Positions 39,170 through 48,721 of a stretch of DNA of 64,000 nucleotides are shown one piece after another. This DNA comes from Bacillota bacterium (GTDB lineage Bacteria; Bacillota; Sulfobacillia; SLMV01), in NCBI GenBank assembly GCA_046483165.1, contig JAWODQ010000126.1, positions 3,811-67,810 on the forward strand. Direction: 5' to 3'. Numbering within the stretch: the first letter of the stretch is position 1; each line of letters opens with the position of its first letter. The notes under the pieces are model-generated. The model was not told the DNA's origin. It saw only the letters and a list, made by a program, of their open reading frames with translations, and ran no database searches. Made by a program: the position numbers and the translations under genes.

Positions 39170-39868
39170 TTGATGCTGCGAGGAGGGGCTTCAATCCTGA
39201 TCATCTTTCTCCTCGCCGCGGTGGGTGCCTGGTTCTTTCTTCAAAGCCCCTCTTTTCGACTGGACAGCGTGATCGTAGAGGGCGCGGTAAACATGGAATC
39301 GAGGGAGATCGAGGACCTATTGGACCTCGATGGCGGCACTCACCTTTACTCGATCAGTCTCACCCGGCTGCGGGATCGCATTTGCGCCGATCCCCGCGTT
39401 GAGTCGGCATCGATTCACCGGGTCGTTCCGGGAAGCTTACGGATCGAAGTGGAGGAGAGGCGACCGGTCGCGGTGGTGCTTCGAAGCGGCATTTTCGCCG
39501 AGATAGATGATGCCGGCCGCATAATCGAGGTGCACGATTCCTGGCCGGGGCTGGCGTTGCCGCTCATCACGGGAGTTCCGACTCGCCGGCTGCAGCTCGG
39601 AGAACGTGCCCTCGATGAAGAATGCGCGGAGTTGGAGGTTGCGTTACATCTCGGGGGCATACGGGGTGAAATAGAAGAGATCCGCTCCGAAGATCTCGGC
39701 ATAGTTTTGATAACCTCGGGAGGAGGGGAGATATGGCTGTCGGATATGCACGGGGACATGGTGGAAGGTCTGGAAGTGTTGACATCTGCGCAGACTCCTC
39801 TTCCCGGTCCGGATTGTGTTCACGACTATCGGTTGCCCGAACGCCCGGTACGCAAGTGCGACCAGTAG
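39170..39868 (+). CDS. ftsQ: cell division protein FtsQ/DivIB (short form, TM plus POTRA)
   Basis: An N-terminal TM is followed by a POTRA-like 'FRLDSVIVEG...' region. The gene sits in the canonical position upstream of ftsZ. Confidence 0.7.
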   Translation: MMLRGGASILIIFLLAAVGAWFFLQSPSFRLDSVIVEGAVNMESREIEDLLDLDGGTHLYSISLTRLRDRICADPRVESASIHRVVPGSLRIEVEERRPVAVVLRSGIFAEIDDAGRIIEVHDSWPGLALPLITGVPTRRLQLGERALDEECAELEVALHLGGIRGEIEEIRSEDLGIVLITSGGGEIWLSDMHGDMVEGLEVLTSAQTPLPGPDCVHDYRLPERPVRKCDQ

Positions 39869-39937
39869 GAGGACGGGGTTGTACGAGGAATTTGGCGACG
39901 CGAGACGAACAGATCCTGAAAGGGAGGTCTGGGACAA

Positions 39938-41011
39938 TTGCTCGAACTTGAAATAGATAATCCCGATTTGGCCGTCATCAAAGTTCTCGGAGTCGGTGGC
40001 GGTGGGAACAATGCCGTCAACCGCATGATCGAGGCGAAGGTAAAGGGCGTGGATTTCATAGCCGTGAACACCGACGCTCAGGCTCTGGCCACCAATAAGG
40101 CCGACCACAAACTCCAGATCGGCAAGAACATCACCAAAGGTCTCGGCGCCGGTGCCGATCCGGCGATAGGACGTAAGGCCGCCGAGGAGAGCGGAGATGA
40201 AATTGAAAACCTGCTCGATGGGGCCGACATGGTCTTCGTAACCGCGGGTATGGGCGGAGGCACGGGGACGGGAGCATCGCCGGTGATCGCCGAGATTTCG
40301 CGATCCCTCGGAGCTCTCACTGTTGGAGTGGTCACGAAACCCTTCGCTTTCGAAGGGGAACGCAGACGCACTCAGGCTGAGGAAGGGGTGGACATCCTTC
40401 GCGAGGCCATAGATACCCTGATCACCATACCGAACGATCGCCTCCTGAAAATCGTGGAGAAGAAGACCTCGATCGTTCAGGCCTTCAGCATAGCGGACGA
40501 CGTATTGCGCCAGGGAGTGCAGGGGATATCGGATCTCATTGCCGTTCCCGGCCTCATAAACCTGGATTTCGCGGATGTGCGAACCATCATGATGGGCACC
40601 GGAACGGCCTTGATGGGCATCGGTAATGCCTCGGGTGAAAACCGCGCTTCCGAGGCGGCTCGCGCTGCCATCTCGAGTCCCCTCCTGGAGACTTCCATCG
40701 AGGGCGCGAAGGGAGTGCTCCTAAACATCACCGGCGACAGCACCATGGGACTCCTGGAGGTCAACGAGGCTGCGGAGTTGATACGCGACGTGGCGGAAAA
40801 TGACGCGCACATAATTTTCGGCGCGGCCATCGACGAACGGCTCGAAGATGAAATGCGGGTTACGGTCATCGCCACGGGCTTCGGGCCCCGCAAGAGGAAA
40901 GAGGGCGAAGAGGAGGATCTCGACGAGCTGACCCTCAAACCCTTCAAAACCGAAGAGGACGACCTGGAGATTCCGACCTTTCTCCGGCGCCATTCCAAAG
41001 ACGAGGGTTGA
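39938..41011 (+). CDS. ftsZ: cell division GTPase FtsZ
   Basis: '[13 protein letters not shown]' and 'GGGTGTG' tubulin signature motifs are present. TTG start lies 10 nt after 'AAGGGAGG'. Confidence 0.95.
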   Translation: MLELEIDNPDLAVIKVLGVGGGGNNAVNRMIEAKVKGVDFIAVNTDAQALATNKADHKLQIGKNITKGLGAGADPAIGRKAAEESGDEIENLLDGADMVFVTAGMGGGTGTGASPVIAEISRSLGALTVGVVTKPFAFEGERRRTQAEEGVDILREAIDTLITIPNDRLLKIVEKKTSIVQAFSIADDVLRQGVQGISDLIAVPGLINLDFADVRTIMMGTGTALMGIGNASGENRASEAARAAISSPLLETSIEGAKGVLLNITGDSTMGLLEVNEAAELIRDVAENDAHIIFGAAIDERLEDEMRVTVIATGFGPRKRKEGEEEDLDELTLKPFKTEEDDLEIPTFLRRHSKDEG

Positions 41012-41118
41012 ACTCGGACGAGCTGAGCTCTGACCGCAACGTTGCCCTCGAGGTTTCGGCTTCCCCCGGGCGAGAGAACTGTTCCCCGGGAGTGCGGCCG
41101 GCGGCGAGGAGACATGTG

Positions 41119-41946
41119 ATGGCGCGTTGGGCCAAAGTGAAGATCGGAAACCTGGCGGCGTGGCGAGTCGAGGGATGGGACGATTTCGGCTTTTCGGCTC
41201 AATTCGTGACGAGGCGCGGGGGCGTCAGCGAAAGAGCGTTCGCTTCTTTGAATCCCGCCGCCGGTTTGGGGGACGATAGTGACCGAGTGAGAGAGAATAG
41301 GAATCTGGTCGCACAGCTGCTCCCCGGCGGAGCGAGAGAAGTCCAGATACTCCGACAGGTGCACGGTACTACCTGCCACGTCATCGGGGACCGCCCCCTC
41401 GGAAAGACATCTTTGGGCTGGTGGCTCGGGCCCGAGGGAGATGCGCTGATAGGCGAAAACCCGGCGATCACCCTGGCTACCTTTCACGCCGACTGCCTTC
41501 CGGTTTACGTAATTGACCCGTCCACGGGTTGCCGGGCGCTCATCCACGCGGGATGGCGAGGTCTTTTGGCCGGCGTGATTCAAAACTCCGTGGACCGGTT
41601 ACTGAAATGTGGCGGTGGCTCTCCGCACGATTTGCACGCCGCCCTCGGCCCATCCATCGAAAGGGACGCCTACGAAGTCGGCCCAGAGGTACTGCGAGAG
41701 CTCGCCGGAGCCTCGTTTCCCTGGCGGGAGACAGTATATCCGGGTAGGCGAGGTAGGGGAAGATTCGATCTGGCGCGCGCCGCCGCGATGATTCTGCGAC
41801 ATTTGGGACTGCCTCGGGGAAACCTCGTGACCGATTCCCCCGGAACGTTCGCAAAAGCGGGGGATTTCTACTCCTATCGGCGCGACGGCGCCACGGGACG
41901 GTGCGTCGCGCTTCTCAGTAGTCTCGCGGGGAGTACGGAGGAGTGA
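41119..41946 (+). CDS. pgeF: purine nucleoside phosphorylase / peptidoglycan editing factor PgeF (YfiH/YlmD, laccase-domain protein)
   Basis: 'FHADCLPVYVIDP...HAGWRG' is the YfiH motif. ATG 41119 lies 6 nt after GGCGAGGAGA. The track ORF extends to 41008, but that N-terminal stretch looks non-coding. Confidence 0.75.
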   Translation: MARWAKVKIGNLAAWRVEGWDDFGFSAQFVTRRGGVSERAFASLNPAAGLGDDSDRVRENRNLVAQLLPGGAREVQILRQVHGTTCHVIGDRPLGKTSLGWWLGPEGDALIGENPAITLATFHADCLPVYVIDPSTGCRALIHAGWRGLLAGVIQNSVDRLLKCGGGSPHDLHAALGPSIERDAYEVGPEVLRELAGASFPWRETVYPGRRGRGRFDLARAAAMILRHLGLPRGNLVTDSPGTFAKAGDFYSYRRDGATGRCVALLSSLAGSTEE

Positions 41947-42035
41947 GCGGCGCAATAAGCGAAATTACCTTGAGAGAACCGGATTGTGCTTGGCAGTTGC
42001 CCACACTCAAGAGTTTTCGTGGAGGTGCTTGAGAA

Positions 42036-42764
42036 TTGACTCCGACACCGGCCGAGGACGCGATCGCACGACGGCATGGGCATTTGGTCGAAAGGGTAAA
42101 CTCCGCCTGTCGTAGGGCGGAGAGAAACCCCGACGACGTCTCGCTCGTGACGGTCAGCAAGGGTAGGAGCGCGCCGGAGGTAGCGAGCGCGGTACGCGCC
42201 GGATTGAAGATCTTCGGGGAGAATCGGGCGCAGGAGTTTCGCGAGAAGTATTCCCTACTCGAGGATCTGGATTTGGGCATCGAATGGGATTTCATCGGTC
42301 GTCTTCAGCCCAATAAGGTGAGGCTGGTCGTGGGTGCCGTTCGTCTGATTCACTCCGTCGACAGCGAAGATTTGGTGGAGGCCCTGGAGGAGCGCTCGCG
42401 GGAGATAGAAGTTTCAACTCGGATCCTCTTGCAGGTAAACGTGACGGGGGAGAGCACCAAGGCTGGTGTAAATCCCGCGGATGCCGAGGTGCTGCTGCGG
42501 CGGATAAATGGATCCGATCACCTGCGGCCCGAGGGGCTCATGACGATGGCACCGCAAAGTTCGGATCCCGAGGACGCCCGCCCGGCCTTCGCCGGCCTTA
42601 GCGCCCTACGCGACGATCTGGAGGCGACGACAGGTATCGCATTGCCGGAGCTTTCTATGGGTATGACGGACGATTTCGAAGTGGCCGTGGAAGAAGGGGC
42701 GACGCTCATTAGGATCGGGCGCGCTCTCTTTGAAGCAGGAACTTTCGGAGAGGATGGTGGATGA
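42036..42764 (+). CDS. yggS: PLP homeostasis protein YggS/YlmE (PLPBP)
   Basis: 'VSLVTVSKGRSAPEV...IFGENRAQE' is the YggS family signature. TTG start lies 8 nt after GGAGGTG. Confidence 0.85.
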   Translation: MTPTPAEDAIARRHGHLVERVNSACRRAERNPDDVSLVTVSKGRSAPEVASAVRAGLKIFGENRAQEFREKYSLLEDLDLGIEWDFIGRLQPNKVRLVVGAVRLIHSVDSEDLVEALEERSREIEVSTRILLQVNVTGESTKAGVNPADAEVLLRRINGSDHLRPEGLMTMAPQSSDPEDARPAFAGLSALRDDLEATTGIALPELSMGMTDDFEVAVEEGATLIRIGRALFEAGTFGEDGG

Positions 42765-42765
42765 G

Positions 42766-43272
42766 ATGGCCGGACTCTGGGAACGCTTATCGGGGGCTTT
42801 GGGCTGGATACCACCGGAAGAAGAATACATCGACGAAGATAATGAACATTTCGACCTCGGAGATCCCGAGGACTCCTGGGAGGAATACGAACACCGCGAA
42901 TTCGTAGACTCGGAAGAGGAACTGCGCGATAATCCGCGGGAGCGCTCGCGCCCCTCGGCACGTGTTGTATCTTTGCCGAGCGGTAAGCCGAAATCCGTGC
43001 GCGTCGCCGTCACCGAGCCCCGCGGGTACGAGGAAGTGCAGGGCCTCGCCGATCAATTGAAACGCCGCGTGGCGGTCGTAGTCAACGTGGAGCAGCTTGA
43101 TAGGGGAGTGGCCCGCCGCGTGGTGGACTTCCTCAGCGGTACGGTTTACTCTCTCGATGGTGAGATGCAGCAGGTCAGTTCCGAAGTGGTCCTCTTCGTG
43201 CCCCGCGAAATGCACATCGAGGTGATGGAGGGGGCCGGCAAGGGGGACGAAGAACCGCAGGAGTACCTGTGA
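42766..43272 (+). CDS. sepF: cell division protein SepF
   Basis: An acidic N-terminus is followed by the conserved C-terminal SepF domain 'VRVAVTEPRGYEEVQGLADQLKRRVAVVVNV'. The start is ambiguous (TTG 42730, ATG 42754 or ATG 42766). ATG 42766 was chosen because it lies just after the yggS stop and has an SD-like GGTGGA 4 nt upstream. Confidence 0.75.
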   Translation: MAGLWERLSGALGWIPPEEEYIDEDNEHFDLGDPEDSWEEYEHREFVDSEEELRDNPRERSRPSARVVSLPSGKPKSVRVAVTEPRGYEEVQGLADQLKRRVAVVVNVEQLDRGVARRVVDFLSGTVYSLDGEMQQVSSEVVLFVPREMHIEVMEGAGKGDEEPQEYL

Positions 43273-43339
43273 AGATGTTGCATTAACCGATGAAGCGGTC
43301 GAGATATCCCGACGCAACAGGTGAGGAGCGACTTTCTGC

Positions 43340-43627
43340 ATGCTGTTACGAGCCATAGTCGGCAGTTTGGACACCATAATCAATATTCTGATCTGGCTGG
43401 TCCTGCTGCGAGCCATCATGTCCTGGTTCCGTCCCGATCCGACCACCGGAGGCGGCGATACTTACTACCGGGTGCTTTCCGTTCTACACCAGCTGACGGA
43501 GCCTCTTTTGGCCCCGATACGGTCGCTTATGCCCGGTGGCGGTGCCGGGATGGGGCTGGACATATCACCCCTGATACTCTTTTTGATCCTGCAGATGCTT
43601 CGTCAGTTGATTCACGGTATAGCATAA
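43340..43627 (+). CDS. yggT: YggT/YlmG family membrane protein
   Basis: A ~95-aa two-TM protein whose family signature 'LLRAIMSWF' is present. It occupies the ylmG position between sepF and divIVA. Confidence 0.75.
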   Translation: MLLRAIVGSLDTIINILIWLVLLRAIMSWFRPDPTTGGGDTYYRVLSVLHQLTEPLLAPIRSLMPGGGAGMGLDISPLILFLILQMLRQLIHGIA

Positions 43628-43648
43628 GTCACTACGAGGAGGTGTGGC

Positions 43649-44200
43649 GTGGCCGAAATCACGCCCGTCGATATACAAAACAAAGAACTCCGCAAGTCAC
43701 TTTTGGGATATCATCGAGGCCAGGTGGATCATTTCCTCGACGAGATTACCAAGACTCTCGACGCTCTCCTTCGGGAAAACGAGGCTCTAAAGGAGCAGGT
43801 ATCCGAGCTGAGCCAGCAGGTGGAGCAGTATCGCAACATCGAAGATACATTGCAGCACACCCTCATGATCGCCCAGGAAACCGCCGACGAGCTTCGCTCC
43901 AACGCGAAAAAGGAGTCGCAACTCGTACTGTCCCAGGCCCGGACGGACGCCGATCAGCTGCGAGAGCGCGCCGAAGAAGAACTGCGACAAACCCGCAGGC
44001 GAGCGGAACAGATTCGCGCGCAGATGATAGAGTACCTCGGGCGGGCCGTGGCCAACACCACGGCTCAGATCGAAATCCTCAGATCCGCCCAATCGGAAAT
44101 GGAGTCGTCCCCGGTGCTTCCCGAGCTTCCGGAGGATGTATTCGAAGGGAAATCCGGGAGGGACGAAGTCAGCGAAAGGGAGTGGAACGATGCCGAATGA
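43649..44200 (+). CDS. divIVA: cell division/polarity protein DivIVA
   Basis: 'ITPVDIQNKELRKSLLGYHRGQVDHFLDEI' is the DivIVA N-terminal lipid-binding motif, followed by a long coiled coil. GTG start lies 6 nt after GAGGAGG. Confidence 0.85.
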   Translation: MAEITPVDIQNKELRKSLLGYHRGQVDHFLDEITKTLDALLRENEALKEQVSELSQQVEQYRNIEDTLQHTLMIAQETADELRSNAKKESQLVLSQARTDADQLRERAEEELRQTRRRAEQIRAQMIEYLGRAVANTTAQIEILRSAQSEMESSPVLPELPEDVFEGKSGRDEVSEREWNDAE

Positions 44201-44906
44201 TCCGCTAACAATCGGGATCGTGGGAGGAATGGGCCCCGAGGCCACCGCCGACCTCTTCATGAAGATCATTAAGGCCACACCCGCGACCCGCGATCAGGAC
44301 CATCTGCCGGTGGTCATCGTCAGCGATCCGTCCGTGCCGGATAGGACCCAGGCCGTCCTGGCCGACGGGGAAGATCCCCTGCCGATCATGGTTCGATCTG
44401 CGCGGGCCTGCGTCAGGGCCGGAGCGGACTTCTTGGTTATGCCCTGCAATACGGCTCACTGCTTTTATTCCGGACTCTCCGAATCCGACGGTGTCCCCGT
44501 ACTACACATGATGGAAGAAGTTGCGCGGTTTTTGGAAGAAGAACACCCCCACATTCGCCGGGTGGGTCTATTGGCCACCAGCGGTACGGTCGAAATCGGG
44601 TTATATCAGGAGGCATTGTCCGGAAACGGCATAGAGGTATTGTTACCGGACCGAGAGGATCAGGAACGGGTCATGGACGGCATATACGGCGATAAGGGCG
44701 TCAAGCGCGGGCATTACGACGAGCCCAGAGAGATGTTCGTGTCCGTCGCCCGTGACCTCATCGAGCGCGGTGCCTCGGCCATCATATCCGGTTGTACCGA
44801 AATCCCGCTGGCGTTGAGCCAAAAAGACCTAAGTGACGCGGTCGTGATCGACCCGACCGAAGTACTGGCGCGCGCCGCAGTCGCGCACGCCAAGGGGGAA
44901 CGCTGA
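44190..44906 (+). CDS. aspartate/glutamate racemase family protein (aspartate racemase-like)
   Basis: 'IGIVGGMGPEAT', 'PCNTAH' and 'GCTE' are Asp/Glu racemase signatures. ATG 44190 overlaps the divIVA 3' end by 11 nt, with SD GGGAG 8 nt upstream. Confidence 0.75.
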   Translation: MPNDPLTIGIVGGMGPEATADLFMKIIKATPATRDQDHLPVVIVSDPSVPDRTQAVLADGEDPLPIMVRSARACVRAGADFLVMPCNTAHCFYSGLSESDGVPVLHMMEEVARFLEEEHPHIRRVGLLATSGTVEIGLYQEALSGNGIEVLLPDREDQERVMDGIYGDKGVKRGHYDEPREMFVSVARDLIERGASAIISGCTEIPLALSQKDLSDAVVIDPTEVLARAAVAHAKGER

Positions 44907-44907
44907 C

Positions 44908-46518
44908 GTGCGGGCATCACATCCGCCCCGGGCACTGATCAATGCAAAGTTGCTTTTGGGTCGCGATGCCACCCCGGCGGCGATCGGGTTTAGAGACGGT
45001 CGCATCCTGACGCTGGGTTCGGAGACCAGGGTCCGCGAAGCCCTGGGACCGCGAGCCGAGGTATTCGACGCCGAAGGGGCCGTCCTGTCCCCGGGATTCA
45101 TCGATTCCCACATGCATCTGAGCTCCCTGGGCGAGAACCTCACGGCACTAGATCTCGCCAACTGCCCCAGTATCGCCGAGCTAAAGCGTCGCCTGTCGCA
45201 ACGCGCCGAAGGACAGCGACAAGGCAGCTGGATTACCGGCCGCGGGTGGGACCAGGACCGTATGCAAGAGCGGCGATACCCCACGGCCGCCGACCTGGAT
45301 GAGGCCGCGCCCGGCTTCCCCGTCGTGCTAAGGCGTGCCTGCGGACACGCGGCGGTAGCGAGTACTTTGGCATTGCGAGCCGCGGGAGTCGACGACTACG
45401 CCGAAGATCCTCCCGGAGGCCGCTACGAACGCGAGGGCGACGGGAAGATAACCGGACTGCTTCATGAGACCGCAATGAAGAGAGTCCTGTCCGCAATACC
45501 GAAACCCGATCGCGAGACCCGTAACGAATACCTTCGTAGAGGTATCGAAAAATGCCACAGTGTGGGCATCACCTCCGTACAGACCAACGAATCCGGCGCA
45601 GATCTCGACGAGTTGTACGGCCTATTCTCGGAGATTTTTACCGAGCCGAAGCGGCGCCTGCGGGCGTATCTCGACCTGGGCCCCACTCATCTTTCGGCCA
45701 TCCGAGACCTGGGGCTGAGTACCGGCGATGGTGATGAGTTTCTGCGTCTCGGCGCCCTGAAATTGTTCGCGGACGGCTCTTTGGGAGCGCGTACGGCCCT
45801 GCTCTCGCGAGACTACCGGGACGATCCGGGTAATCGAGGAACCGACGTCATTCCCGAGGAGGAAATGCGCGAGTACATGGAATGGGCGCGCAGTCTGGAG
45901 ATGCAGGTGGCGGTTCACGCCATCGGCGACGCCGCGCTGGACAATACGCTGAGACTTCTCGGCAAGTCCGGGGATTCGACGAAAAGGGATCGGATAATCC
46001 ACTGCCAGATCACCAGACCGGAACAATTCGGTGCGATGGCGCGCGCCGGAATAATTGCGAGCATCCAGCCGCGGTTTGTCGCGACTGACATGGCGTGGGC
46101 CGAGGCAAGAATAGGGCGCGAACTCATCTCCACCAGCTACGCCTGGCGTTCCATGCTCGATGCCGGAGTAACGCTGGCCGGCGGTTCCGACGCTCCCGTG
46201 GAGCCTCCCGATCCCCTGCTGGGAATACATGCCGCGGTAAATAGAGTCGATGACGCCGGCGAGCCTCCCGGGGGTTGGTTCGCTGCGGAGCAGCTCGCTC
46301 CCCGCGAGGCCCTGCATCTTTTCGGGCCGGGGGCAGCAAAATCGGAAGGCGCCGAGGACTGGAAGGGAAGCCTGGAGCCGGGGTTCGTCGCCGACTTCGT
46401 TCTCCTGGATGCGGATCCTCTCGAAGTGGATCCGGGCGAAATAGCGCAAATCGAGGTGCTGGAGACCTGGGTGGGCGGCATTCGCGTGTACGGCGAAAGC
46501 TCTTCCCACGGCGAGTGA
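44908..46518 (+). CDS. amidohydrolase-family metal-dependent hydrolase (YtcJ-like, Amidohydro_3)
   Basis: 'GFIDSHMHL' is the metal-binding HxH motif, and there is a C-terminal 'GSDAPV'. A ~535-aa length is typical of YtcJ-like proteins. Confidence 0.7.
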   Translation: MRASHPPRALINAKLLLGRDATPAAIGFRDGRILTLGSETRVREALGPRAEVFDAEGAVLSPGFIDSHMHLSSLGENLTALDLANCPSIAELKRRLSQRAEGQRQGSWITGRGWDQDRMQERRYPTAADLDEAAPGFPVVLRRACGHAAVASTLALRAAGVDDYAEDPPGGRYEREGDGKITGLLHETAMKRVLSAIPKPDRETRNEYLRRGIEKCHSVGITSVQTNESGADLDELYGLFSEIFTEPKRRLRAYLDLGPTHLSAIRDLGLSTGDGDEFLRLGALKLFADGSLGARTALLSRDYRDDPGNRGTDVIPEEEMREYMEWARSLEMQVAVHAIGDAALDNTLRLLGKSGDSTKRDRIIHCQITRPEQFGAMARAGIIASIQPRFVATDMAWAEARIGRELISTSYAWRSMLDAGVTLAGGSDAPVEPPDPLLGIHAAVNRVDDAGEPPGGWFAAEQLAPREALHLFGPGAAKSEGAEDWKGSLEPGFVADFVLLDADPLEVDPGEIAQIEVLETWVGGIRVYGESSSHGE

Positions 46519-46547
46519 TCCGTACGTAGTACCGAAGGGGACGTTAC

Positions 46548-46582
46548 AGGAGGGCGACGGTGCGAGACGCCGTCGCCCTCCT
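46548..46582. terminator. putative bidirectional terminator hairpin (13-bp stem AGGAGGGCGACGG/CCGTCGCCCTCCT, 9-nt loop) with weak U-tracts
   Basis: A perfect inverted repeat lies between the convergent amidohydrolase and mgtE 3' ends. Confidence 0.5.
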
Positions 46583-46620
46583 TCGTATCACACGTCGAAT
46601 TCAGGCTGGATGATTGACGT

Positions 46621-47952
46621 TCAAAGACCCAGTATGGCCCGGGCCACCATGAAATACACGATCAAGCCGGTACCATCCACCAAAGTGGTGATCACCGGGG
46701 CAGATGCGGCGGCCGGGTCGAACCCCAGACGCTGGGCTATCAATGGGAGCGAACCGCCGAGTATGGATGCCATGATCACGATTATGAAAAGTGCCGCCGA
46801 TACGGTGTATCCGAGCAGGGGAGAACCGCCCAAAAGCGACGCCTGAATGAGAGCGGCGAAACCCATGATGGCGCCGAGTACCAGGCCGGAGCGCATCTCT
46901 CTCCAAATCACGCGCCCCACCTCCTCGAGTTGAACTTCGTCCAGTGCCATCGCCCGTATTACGGTGCTGGCGGCCTGCGCGCCGGCGTTGCCGCCGGTAC
47001 CTATGAGCAGGGGTATGAAGAACGACAGGGCAACCACGGCTTCGATATATCCCTGAAAGTGATCCAGGATATTGCCGGTGATGGTCTGGGCCAAAAACAG
47101 GATCAAAAGCCACCACATTCTCCGGCGAACCACGGAAACTACGCTCGTGGCCAGGTATGGTTCATCGGAGGGTTCCACACCACCCATCCGCGCCATATCT
47201 TCGCTGACTTCCTGCTCCATCACGTCCATGATGTCGTCGAAGGTGATGACGCCGAGCAGGCGATCCTCTTCGTCGACTACCGGAAGGGCCACGAAACCGT
47301 AGTGCGTCATAACGTTGGCCACTTCTTCCTGGTCCATCATCGGAGTCACCGTGACGACCTCCGTCCTTCCGATGTCGGCGATGGGTCGTGTGGGGTCCGC
47401 CAGGACCAATTCCCGAAGGGAGGTCACTCCCAAAAGACTCCCGTCTTCTTCGGTTATGTAGATGTAATAAGCCGCCTCCACCTCGCGAGCGAGTCTGCGA
47501 TAGAAGTTCAGTACCTGTCCGCAGGACTGATCGGCGCGAAAGGATAGGTAGTCGGTGGTCATGATGCCGCCCGCGGAGGTTTCGGGGTATTGCATGAGGC
47601 GCCGGATGGTCTTTTGATCCGGCAGGGCGCTCAGAAGTTGCCATACCGTGTCCGCCTCGAGTATCGCCAGGAAATCCGCCAATTCGTCCGGCGATACGAA
47701 TTGAATCACGCTGCGAAGTCGTGTGTCCGTCATATGCTCCGAGAGGCGGAGCTGATCCGTCGGACCGAGTTCCTCGAGGACCTGGGCCACCTGACGATCA
47801 TTCATCAGGGCGAGCAGGGTGATCAGAAGCGGAGTTTCATCCTCGTCGATATCCTCGATAGTCTTCGCTATGTCCACCGCGTGGAGGTCCGCCATTCTCC
47901 GACGCAACTCCCGGGGCGATCCCGTTTTGAGAAGATCTCGCAGCTCATCCAT
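46621..47952 (-). CDS. mgtE: magnesium transporter MgtE (MgtE_N, tandem CBS, TM domain)
   Basis: The N-terminus 'MDELRDLLKTGSPRELRRRMADLHAVDIA' and a C-terminal TM domain with 'GTGGNAGAQA' are present. ATG 47952 lies 7 nt after AAAGGAGG. The upstream ATG 47985 in the track is probably leader. Confidence 0.9.
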   Translation of the reverse strand: MDELRDLLKTGSPRELRRRMADLHAVDIAKTIEDIDEDETPLLITLLALMNDRQVAQVLEELGPTDQLRLSEHMTDTRLRSVIQFVSPDELADFLAILEADTVWQLLSALPDQKTIRRLMQYPETSAGGIMTTDYLSFRADQSCGQVLNFYRRLAREVEAAYYIYITEEDGSLLGVTSLRELVLADPTRPIADIGRTEVVTVTPMMDQEEVANVMTHYGFVALPVVDEEDRLLGVITFDDIMDVMEQEVSEDMARMGGVEPSDEPYLATSVVSVVRRRMWWLLILFLAQTITGNILDHFQGYIEAVVALSFFIPLLIGTGGNAGAQAASTVIRAMALDEVQLEEVGRVIWREMRSGLVLGAIMGFAALIQASLLGGSPLLGYTVSAALFIIVIMASILGGSLPLIAQRLGFDPAAASAPVITTLVDGTGLIVYFMVARAILGL

Positions 47953-48262
47953 CGGCGTGCCTCCTTTCGGTGGACCACATTGCATCTACTCCGAGTAACA
48001 AAGTATTTGCCATACGAGGTGATCGAGTAACACTATACACCAAAGCCGGTGCGAGTGGGAAGAAAGCGAATGCCGTTCAATATCGGGCAACAAGACCATC
48101 CATCGACCCCCTACCCCCGCAGAGGTGGTCTGGGGGCGTTTCTCTACCGTATCCGATCCGTTAAGCACCTCGGCGAGTCCCTACGAGGGATGTTTTGGGA
48201 GGATGAATACGGTGTCTTTGGCCGATGCGCTGTGCTAGAATCTGATGAGAAAGGAAGAGAAC

Positions 48263-48721
48263 ATGCTCAAATGGGTCGCCCTGTCGCTGGTCGCCGATCG
48301 CGTCAGCAAAGAACTGATCCACATCTGGATGGAACCGGGGCAGTCGATACAGATCCCCGGGGGAATCTTGCGCCTCACCTACGTGACGAACAGCGGTGCG
48401 GCCTTCGGAATCCTTTCCAACCATACCGGGGTACTGACGCTATTGAGTGCGCTCATGGTCGCCCTGGTAGCGTGGTGGTACCGTAGCGTAGTGCCCCGCG
48501 AGAGCCGTGCCCTCGCAGGTATCGCCTCCGGATTGTTGGTCGGCGGAGCGTTGGGGAATCTCATCGACCGCATCCTGCACGGTCACGTGCTCGACTTTTT
48601 CGATCTGGGATTTTGGCCCGTGTTTAACGTGGCAGATATCGCCGTGGTCGCGGGTTGTGTCGTTCTCTTCTTGCTGGTACTCAAAGATCCGGAAGCGATG
48701 ACTGGGGGGACCGTGGAATGA
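48263..48721 (+). CDS. lspA: lipoprotein signal peptidase (signal peptidase II) LspA
   Basis: 'FNVADIAV' and the family motif 'NSGAAFG' are present, with four TM helices. ATG 48263 lies 5 nt after GGAAGAG. Confidence 0.85.
   Translation: MLKWVALSLVADRVSKELIHIWMEPGQSIQIPGGILRLTYVTNSGAAFGILSNHTGVLTLLSALMVALVAWWYRSVVPRESRALAGIASGLLVGGALGNLIDRILHGHVLDFFDLGFWPVFNVADIAVVAGCVVLFLLVLKDPEAMTGGTVE

Noticed and set aside
41008-41118. N-terminal extension of the pgeF ORF starting at TTG 41008, overlapping the ftsZ stop
   Set aside because: The translation '[35 protein letters not shown]' is low-complexity and lies before the conserved YfiH core. ATG 41119 has a good SD 6 nt upstream.
47953-48262. Possible M-box (Mg2+ riboswitch) in the ~300-nt leader upstream of mgtE (minus strand)
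   Set aside because: I reverse-complemented the leader and looked for conserved M-box segments (GUUAGGUGAGG, GCUAAUGGG, ACAGG, CCGUGCCGA). None were found convincingly. A covariance-model scan (Rfam RF00380) would be needed to be decisive.
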